In this document: positions 27,498 to 34,234 of the stretch, piece by piece | Numbering within the stretch: position 1 is the stretch's first letter | How the letters are laid out: each line of letters starts with the position of its first letter | Source: a bacterium | GTDB lineage: Bacteria; UBA10199; JADGCS01 | Assembly: GCA_018812345.1 (NCBI GenBank) | Contig: JAHJDR010000176.1 | Coordinates: 1-34,234 of the forward strand | Direction of reading: 5' to 3' | DNA: 34,234 nt | Translations under genes and position numbers: made by a program | Notes under the pieces: model-generated | The model's database searches: none | What the model was told of the DNA's origin: nothing | The model's input: the letters and a program-made list of their open reading frames with translations, nothing else

Positions 27498-27571
27498 TTC
27501 GCAGTCCCACAGGGACTGCGAAAGTCCCAGTCCCAGTCCCATCGAGACTTAAGAGACACGAAATGGGACTG
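27498..27571. repeat. AGTCCC/GGGACT palindromic repeat cluster
   Basis: Perfect 11-bp stem TTCGCAGTCCC-ACA-GGGACTGCGAA, (AGTCCC)3, then CAGTCCCAT...ATGGGACTG. Confidence 0.8.
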
Positions 27572-27620
27572 ATAAAAAAAAATAAGACAAGTAAAATCAA
27601 CAAGATAAAAAATACGCAAG

Positions 27621-27637
27621 TTGGCATGACTCATGCT
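27621..27637 (+). promoter_or_regulatory. sigma54 (-24/-12) promoter motif
   Basis: TTGGCATGACTCATGCT (GG-N10-GC); 13 nt from the GC to the in-frame ATG at 27650. Confidence 0.68.
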
Positions 27638-27649
27638 TTAGGTATGAGT

Positions 27650-28792
27650 ATGAAAAACTTAACATCAAATATAATAAATAAGGCCAGAGATCTTTCTTTT
27701 AATCAGACAACAAATTACATCCATTATGAAGAAGCCCAGATGATGCGGCTTATTAAAGATCTTGTTGATCATATTCTCCAAGAGCCTCCTAAACAAGAGG
27801 TGAGTCTTAAACCAGGTAAGCCGCGTTTTGTCGTTCCCTACAATATTAATGACAAAGCCGCACAATATAAACCTTTGCCCTTTAGAGATGGTTTGCGAAA
27901 GTTTGAAACAGGTGATTTATCTGATCCAGAAGTAAAAAGTGAGCACAGAAATCAAAGTGGTTTATCCTATGAGAAAAAAACAGGTTCTCTTTTTGTGGAT
28001 GGTATTGATGTGTCTGACATTAAACAAGGGAGTGTTGGTGATTGCTATTTTTTAGCAGCATTGACTTCTATTGCAAACATACAGCCAGATTTTATCACAC
28101 AAAACATTCGTCAAAATACAGATAATACTTATACAGTAGGCTTTCACAAAATTAGCATACCCAGCAAACGCGTTCTCTATGATGAGAAAGGCCCCTATTA
28201 CCAAGCCATTCGTGAAACAGCTAAATACTGTATCGATAATGAGCTTCCTCAATGGTATGGAAATAATCTGTATGCACGTGGTGAAAATAGTGGTGAGCTT
28301 TGGGCAGCGCTTTATGAAAAGGCTTACGCAGCTTATAAAGGCGGAAGTTATGATGATATTAATGGAGGAACTATTGCAACAGCATATTTTGATTTACTGG
28401 GTGTCACGTCCAAAACCCATAAGCACCAAGGTAGTATTGAAACAACATTGTATAATACAATTCAAACAGCTTTAGATAATAAGAATCCTGTTGCTGTGGG
28501 TATTGGACCGGATGAAAATGGTGCCCATTTAAGTGAAGAGGGTCTTGTGTATAATCATGCCTATTCTGTTTTAGATGTTTTTGAGCAAGAGGGAGTCAAA
28601 TACATTACCCTGAGAAATCCCTATGGGTATCAGGAATGGAATGGCGATGGCGCTGATACAAAAAATGATGGTATCTTTAGCATGCCTTTTTCCGCTTATA
28701 AAGATAATTTCTATGAAACAACAATTGCTGATTATACAAAATATGATGGCATATACGATCCATACGCCCATCCAAAGTATCGGTTGAATTAA
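27650..28792 (+). CDS. Calpain-like cysteine protease (peptidase C2)
   Basis: DIKQGSVGDCYFLAAL (Cys), ELWAALYEKAYA, NHAYSV (His), LRNPYG (Asn), NDGIF. Start uncertain; the extension from 27437 translates repeats and promoter. Confidence 0.9.
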   Translation: MKNLTSNIINKARDLSFNQTTNYIHYEEAQMMRLIKDLVDHILQEPPKQEVSLKPGKPRFVVPYNINDKAAQYKPLPFRDGLRKFETGDLSDPEVKSEHRNQSGLSYEKKTGSLFVDGIDVSDIKQGSVGDCYFLAALTSIANIQPDFITQNIRQNTDNTYTVGFHKISIPSKRVLYDEKGPYYQAIRETAKYCIDNELPQWYGNNLYARGENSGELWAALYEKAYAAYKGGSYDDINGGTIATAYFDLLGVTSKTHKHQGSIETTLYNTIQTALDNKNPVAVGIGPDENGAHLSEEGLVYNHAYSVLDVFEQEGVKYITLRNPYGYQEWNGDGADTKNDGIFSMPFSAYKDNFYETTIADYTKYDGIYDPYAHPKYRLN

Positions 28793-28866
28793 TGACAATT
28801 GACAATAGGCAATAAGCGATTTGCGATTTAAATTGCCGATAGCCAATTGTCATTTGCTTATTGTCA
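28793..28866. repeat. Head-to-head TGACAAT-type heptamer arrays
   Basis: TGACAAT TGACAAT AGGCAAT AAGCGAT TTGCGAT-TTAA-ATTGCCG ATAGCCA ATTGTCA TTTGCTT ATTGTCA, starting at the calpain stop. Confidence 0.85.
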
Positions 28867-28897
28867 ATCATGAACATTGTTATCATTCCTGTTATAG

Positions 28898-28947
28898 TGT
28901 TACCTATGTATCCGGTCTATTATGTAACCTATCTATCCGGTTCGGAC
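28898..28947. mobile_element. Possible orphan IS481-family terminal remnant
   Basis: Two 19-bp direct repeats 25 bp apart (TGTTACCTATGTATCCGGT / TGTAACCTATCTATCCGGT) resembling IS481-type end repeats as I recall them; no transposase nearby. Confidence 0.45.
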
Positions 28948-29065
28948 TCTTTGTAAGTGTCCAAATATTACACAGATTTGTTAAGTCTACTTTACAGGTT
29001 ATACAAAGCGTTTAATAAATTATTTCTATCCTATTGAAAAATAAGAGTAAAATAATTTTTCGCTT

Positions 29066-29082
29066 GTGGCATAGTCTATGCA
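29066..29082 (+). promoter_or_regulatory. sigma54 (-24/-12) promoter motif
   Basis: GTGGCATAGTCTATGCA (GG-N10-GC), about 75 nt upstream of the ATG at 29159, which has an AAGGAG RBS. Confidence 0.62.
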
Positions 29083-29158
29083 TCTTCTAGAAGACGATCG
29101 GGTAAAATTGTTAGCAACATATCATGTTTAATTTCGATAATATGTAAGGAGTAAGGAT

Positions 29159-31252
29159 ATGTCACAAATAGTTCTACAGCCAAATCAGGCGCCACTAACA
29201 GGTCAGGAAATGGAATACCTGGGTTATGATGTCTCGCGAAATGACATCATTGGGGTTCCTGAGCTCAAAAAGTCAGGTCAACTCGATGAATTTGTTTCCC
29301 GTTATCTTTACACAGAAGATACAGGCATTGCTTTATTTTATGCCCAGAGATCTACAGTACAACTTGAAGGCAAGATTAAAAAACTCATCAAAGAAATACT
29401 TTCAGGTTGGGAACAAAATCCAGAGACGATAACTAAAACATGGGGTTTTGATGAAAGTGATATTAGCCGCTTTCAAAAATGGCTCGATAATGGATTGAGC
29501 AATGCTTTGGATACTGTAGAGAATGAAGATTTATTTTTGTCCAAAAGCGATTATGTGACTTATGCCAGTAGTGAGGACAAACCTATTCGTAAAAGTCGTC
29601 TCGAAACTATTGGTAAGCTTGATGAGTTTATTGGTTTATACATTCGCACTAAACGCTATGTCCCAGAAAGAACTGACAAGTACTATGATAGCAAGCTTGA
29701 TAATGGTTTGCGTTATCAAATCAGGGACTACCTTCTCATTCTCGTCGGTGAAGATGATTTTGCCAAACAGTCACTAACCCAACAGTTAGGTCTCAATCAA
29801 AGTGATGTACATAAGTATCTTTTTCAAGAATGGCTCTTAACAGATTTTAATCTTGATTCTATTTCTGTATATGGTGGCTTTAATTTTGATATGGGTCAAA
29901 GTCTTTCCTATGGTGATGAAATCGATGCTGACGGTGATCTTACCTATATTTACGATGTTGATGAGAACAATGCGAGCGCGGGCATTGAAGCTGAGATTCA
30001 TGGTCAAAAGACACTTGGAAAAGAGGGGTTTATTAGAGGAGAGCTTGGCGTTGAAGGAGAACCCATTGCTGTTGTTGAGCGCTATGAAACTGTGAGATCA
30101 TTGGGGGAAGGTGATGAAATAGAAGAACCAGAACTAGAAACTGTGCGTTCTGCTGGTGTAAATGTTGATGGCGAACTCCAAATTGGTCGCATAGATGGTA
30201 AAGTGGAATTTGAGGTTGGCGCTGGGGGTAACTTTGATTTTCATGACATGCCGAATGAAGATGTGCAAAGCTTTGATGTGGAAGCTGAATTTGATGCCAA
30301 TGATTTCTGAACCTCAGGCACTGCCTTTGGAGCTTCTTTTGAGCACGAACAAAACTTTTACAATCCTCCCGCGGAAGAGGATGTTGACGAATATTATCAA
30401 GCGCATTCGGAAGAAACTGCTGTTGATGTGGATATGGAATATACAAATCCACAGGATGTGCGCATTACAGGATCCTATGACTTTGATCGTGATGAGAGTA
30501 AAAAATATTATCGTCAAGAGGAAGAACAAACCCATCGTGGTGCTGTGAGTTTGCACGTGCCGCTCACACAAGATGATGAAAAAAGAAATCATACGCTTGA
30601 TGTAACTGTCAGTGCTAAACACAGAACGCGTGATAAATATAGATCTGACTTAGAGGCTCGTTATCAACAAACGCGACATTCAGCGGCACTTTATACAGGA
30701 TTAAATTTGGATTTGCATGATGACTTTTCCATGACAATGGCTGCCTATGGACAAGTAATGAAATCGGAAGGAAGCCAAGAATATGTGATGCCCTACGTTG
30801 AAGGAACTTTATCATTAGATTACACACCTGGAAAATTTAGTTTGGGTTCTGAGGTTACGGTAGGTGGTGATTGGGGAAATGTTACTTACAATGATTTGAG
30901 TTATTCGGGCATTGATGATTCGTATTTAGCAGAGCTACCCACAAGAAGTGAGTATTTTAATGCCAATGCTTCTCTGCGGATGAGCTATGCTCCACGCGAT
31001 TTCTTGAGCTTCAGTCTCAGTGGTTGGGGTGGCTATGAAATGTCGCAGAGCTATCAAGATCATAATCATATGTGGGTGGGCGCCAGAACTTCTTATGGGA
31101 TGCGCCTAGCCCAGAAAAAGCATGCCGACTGGCTCTCCTGTTATGTTTCCTACAGCTACTATAATGGTGATTCGATCAATTATATTGATTTAATAGATAA
31201 TTGGCATGGACACTCAGTAAGCGGTGGTTTGAGTTATGAACGAAAATTTTAA
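29159..31252 (+). pseudogene. 697-codon ORF (helical repeat N-terminus plus beta-barrel-like C-terminus) interrupted by one in-frame TGA at 30308-30310
   Basis: ORFs 29159-30310 and 30428-31252 are in the same frame and the 39 intervening codons are stop-free; alternating beta-strand pattern; ends GGLSYERKF. Confidence 0.75.
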
Positions 31253-31289
31253 CATTTGATTTATATTAAGCAATTTGCTTACCTTCTTA

Positions 31290-31324
31290 CGCTAGTCGCT
31301 AGTCGCTAGTCGCTAAACGCAAAG
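31290..31324. repeat. CGCTAGT heptamer array
   Basis: CGCTAGT x3 CGCTAAA CGCAAAG running into the GAGGTG RBS of abgT. Confidence 0.88.
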
Positions 31325-31333
31325 AGGTGCCTT

Positions 31334-32812
31334 ATGTTAGAACGTTTTTTCCAATGGGTCGAACGCACAGGTAATCGCTTACCACATCCACTTTGGCTTT
31401 TTATTTACATTATTGTCGGTGTTCTTTTTATTTCCCTCTTAGCAGGGCTTTTCAAACTGAGCGCTATTAATCCCAAAAATGGTGAAGAAGTTGTTGCTGT
31501 GAATATTCTCTCAGCAGATGGTCTGCGTTATTTTGTCATGAACATGGTGAGCAACTTCTCGCATTTTGCACCCTTAGGTCTTGTTGTTGTTATGATCATG
31601 GGTGTTTCCATTGCTGAAAATACAGGGTTCTTAGAATCTCTGATTAAAACAGCCATACAAAAAGTTCCTAGCGGCCTGGTTATTCCTGTTATTATCATTG
31701 CAGGTGCATGTGGTAATGTTGGCTCTGATGCCGGCATTGTTGTGGTGCCGCCAATAGCAGCACTGATATTTAAACGTATGGGTAAACACCCTTTGGCTGG
31801 TCTTGTCTTAGGTTATGCCGCTGCGACAGCTGGCTTTACAGCAAACCTTTTGCCAGCAGGAACCGATGTTCTTCTGAGTGCGATTTCAACAGAAGCTTTG
31901 CAAAGCGTTAATCCTGGTGGTGCTGTTCCTGTTACGGCAAATTATTATTTCATGATTGTTTCTACTTTTATGTTGGCCATAGTAGGTACTTACGTTGTGA
32001 AGAAGTATACGCTTAAAGAAGTGGGACCCATGCCCCAAGATGATACTAATATTGGCACTGATCAAGTGAGCTCTAAAGAAAAGAAAGCTTTGAAGTGGGC
32101 GTGTATAGCAGGATTGATTTATGTACTTGTTTTACTCATGACGATTATCCCTGAAAATGGCATATTACGACACCCTGATCCTAACTTGTTTACACGGTCT
32201 CCTTTTTTTAGAGGTCTTATTCCCATTTTATTTTTCTGGTTTGCTATAATGGGTTATGTTTATGGTAAAATCTCAGGATCAATTTCCAAGAGTGCTGATT
32301 TAGCTAATGCCATGACAAAGGGTGTTGTGAGCATTGCCCCCTTTATTGTGCTGACCTTTGCCATTGCTGAGTTTATTGAACTCTTTCAGTATAGTCGTTT
32401 GGATCAAATCATCGCTATTTATGGTGCTATATTATTGTCCCATATGCATTTACCAACAACAATTCTTCTGACGTTATTTATTTTAATGAGTCTATTTGTG
32501 AATCTTTTTATTGGCAGTGGGTCTGCTAAATGGGCGATGTTTGCCCCTGTTTTCATTCCCATGTTTTATCACATAGGTATCTCTGCAGATCAAGCACAGC
32601 TCGCCTATCGTATTGGCGATTCCATTACCAATGGCGTGAGTCCGTGTTACACTATGTTTCCCCTTATTATTGGCTGGGTCATGCAGTACAAAAAAGATGC
32701 GGGTATTGGCACTGTATTTAGCCTGTTATTGCCTTACACGCTATTCTTTGGTGTGGCTTGGATTATCATGTACATTTTTTGGTCGCTTTTAGGGCTGCCT
32801 ATTGGATTATAG
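31334..32812 (+). CDS. abgT: AbgT-family transporter
   Basis: VERTGNRLPHP, NFSHFAPLG, GFTANL, NYYFM, GSGSAKW, AYRIGDSITN, GIGT. Confidence 0.95.
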   Translation: MLERFFQWVERTGNRLPHPLWLFIYIIVGVLFISLLAGLFKLSAINPKNGEEVVAVNILSADGLRYFVMNMVSNFSHFAPLGLVVVMIMGVSIAENTGFLESLIKTAIQKVPSGLVIPVIIIAGACGNVGSDAGIVVVPPIAALIFKRMGKHPLAGLVLGYAAATAGFTANLLPAGTDVLLSAISTEALQSVNPGGAVPVTANYYFMIVSTFMLAIVGTYVVKKYTLKEVGPMPQDDTNIGTDQVSSKEKKALKWACIAGLIYVLVLLMTIIPENGILRHPDPNLFTRSPFFRGLIPILFFWFAIMGYVYGKISGSISKSADLANAMTKGVVSIAPFIVLTFAIAEFIELFQYSRLDQIIAIYGAILLSHMHLPTTILLTLFILMSLFVNLFIGSGSAKWAMFAPVFIPMFYHIGISADQAQLAYRIGDSITNGVSPCYTMFPLIIGWVMQYKKDAGIGTVFSLLLPYTLFFGVAWIIMYIFWSLLGLPIGL

Positions 32813-32814
32813 AT

Positions 32815-34014
32815 TTAAGCAAGCACCTTTTCCAAACTATCTAAAATCAAATCAACTTCTTCTTTTGTGATAATCAATGGTGGTGCAATGCGTATCACTT
32901 GTTCATGAGTTTCTTTGGCTAAAATGCCAAGCTTCAGAAGTTTTTCACAAAAAATTCTGGCTGGTCCTGATTCTTTTTTGATTTCTATGCCAATGAAAAG
33001 ACCTTTGCCTCGGATTTCTTTTACATGATCAGTCTTAATAGCAGCCAGTTTTTCAAACATGTAATTTCCTAAAGAGTAGGAATTTTCAGTGAGCTTTTCA
33101 TTTACAATCACATCAAGAGAGGCTTTGGCTACAGCAGCAGCCAAGGGATTGCCACCAAAAGTTGAACCATGAGAACCTGGTGTGAACACACCGAGAACAT
33201 CTTTTGACGCGGTCACAGCAGAAACGGGATATACACCGCCACCAAGGGCTTTGCCTAAAATAAGCATGTCAGGTGTGACACCATCTTCGTGTTGATAACA
33301 GAAAAGATTACCAGTACGTCCTAAACCTGTTTGAATTTCATCAAGCACAAAGAGAACATTGTTTTCTTTGCACAGTTCATAGGCTTGTTTCAAAAAACCA
33401 CGAGGAGGAACCATGATGCCAGCTTCGCCTTGAATTGGTTCTAGCATAAAGGCCACAGTGTTTTCTGTTATCGCATTTTTTAATTGCTCGATATTACCAT
33501 AATCAATGACTTTAAAACCAGGAGTGAAAGGGCCGTACCCATCTTTGTAAAGAGGTTCAGAAGAAAAGCCAACAATGGTTGTTGTACGTCCATGAAAATT
33601 GTCATGACACACAATGATTTCTGCTTTATCTGGGGCAACTTTCTTTTTATCATAACCCCATTTACGAGCGGCTTTAATAGCTGTTTCCACAGCTTCAGCA
33701 CCTGTATTCATGGGAAGAGACATTTCCATGCCTGTGAGTTCACAGAGTTGTTTGAGAAAACCAGTCATTTGATCATTGTGAAAAGCGCGTGATGTAAGAG
33801 TCATTTGATCAGCTTGTTTTTTGAGCGCGTTAATAATGATAGGGTGTCGATGACCTTGGTTAACGGCTGAATAGGCACTAAGACAATCCATGTATTTATT
33901 ACCATCAATATCCCAAACCCAAATGCCTTCGCCTTTGGAAAGAATAACTTCGAGTGGGTGATAATTATTCGCACTGTATTTATGATAATCATTTATATAA
34001 TCTTGTGTGTTCAT
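32815..34014 (-). CDS. rocD: Ornithine--oxo-acid aminotransferase
   Basis: [74 protein letters not shown]. Confidence 0.97.
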   Translation of the reverse strand: MNTQDYINDYHKYSANNYHPLEVILSKGEGIWVWDIDGNKYMDCLSAYSAVNQGHRHPIIINALKKQADQMTLTSRAFHNDQMTGFLKQLCELTGMEMSLPMNTGAEAVETAIKAARKWGYDKKKVAPDKAEIIVCHDNFHGRTTTIVGFSSEPLYKDGYGPFTPGFKVIDYGNIEQLKNAITENTVAFMLEPIQGEAGIMVPPRGFLKQAYELCKENNVLFVLDEIQTGLGRTGNLFCYQHEDGVTPDMLILGKALGGGVYPVSAVTASKDVLGVFTPGSHGSTFGGNPLAAAVAKASLDVIVNEKLTENSYSLGNYMFEKLAAIKTDHVKEIRGKGLFIGIEIKKESGPARIFCEKLLKLGILAKETHEQVIRIAPPLIITKEEVDLILDSLEKVLA

Positions 34015-34234
34015 GACTCTCCCAATAATAGGTTAAAATTTGAATGATAACCCTATGCTAAACTTGGGAATTGTTGGCAATGGTTTTTGTTGATTTGGGA
34101 ATTGGTTCTCAGGGTCGCGGGGGCGCAGGGGAAATTGGTCGGCCCCGTCAGATAGGTCAGACATCTTGGAGGGCTGATGTGAATGAAACAGTAATAATTA
34201 CAATGAATTAGAAGCTTGAGCGAGCGCGAATAAA

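Noticed and set aside
27437-27649. N-terminal extension of the calpain ORF
   Set aside because: It translates the TTTTCAA and AGTCCC repeats, an A tract and the sigma54 motif, so it is probably non-coding
28571-29015. Short ORFs over the calpain 3' end and downstream spacer
   Set aside because: They translate heptamer arrays and IS-like repeats and have no recognisable domain
30308-30310. Genome-wide TGA reassignment
   Set aside because: TGA ends pfkB, abiEi and the small NTase gene in ATGA overlaps, and Trp is coded by TGG
31269-31285. Antisense sigma54-like motif (AAGGTAAGCAAATTGCT on the minus strand)
   Set aside because: Poor -24 box (AGGTA), points into the end of a gene, and is explained by the local palindrome TAAGCAATTTGCTTA
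3522-33992. Many 60-150 aa ORFs nested in or antisense to large genes
   Set aside because: Shadow ORFs of well-supported genes with no motifs or RBS

Overview
AT-rich bacterial chromosomal window; the gene content (delta-60 repeat protein, PilT, mgtE-recO, sigma54-type promoters) suggests a deltaproteobacterial-type organism, which is inference only. Housekeeping genes (Omp85/BamA-TamA family, htpG, hflX, dnaE, pfkB-family kinase, mgtE, recO, pduO-type adenosyltransferase, abgT, rocD, pilT-family ATPase, glycerol-1-phosphate dehydrogenase) are interspersed with accessory genes. These are a pair of non-canonical thiolase-fold proteins (one fused to two DUF35 domains) plus a PaaI thioesterase, an AbiE type IV toxin-antitoxin module, a second small nucleotidyltransferase pair, an M30-like metallopeptidase, a delta-60 repeat surface protein, a calpain-like protease and a 697-codon beta-barrel-like ORF interrupted by one in-frame TGA. 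The most unusual signals are non-coding. (i) Many intergenic spacers carry short degenerate 7-mer tandem arrays, often in inverted pairs, and three arrays contain an 18-19 bp mini-hairpin inserted at a G^T junction. (ii) The AbiE module is bracketed by two synonymously diverged copies of the last 14 codons of the thioesterase gene, an integrase-less insertion scar. (iii) The four large accessory genes each have a -24/-12 sigma54 motif, three of them only 13-14 nt before the ATG, suggesting near-leaderless transcripts. No rRNA, tRNA or CRISPR array was recognised.
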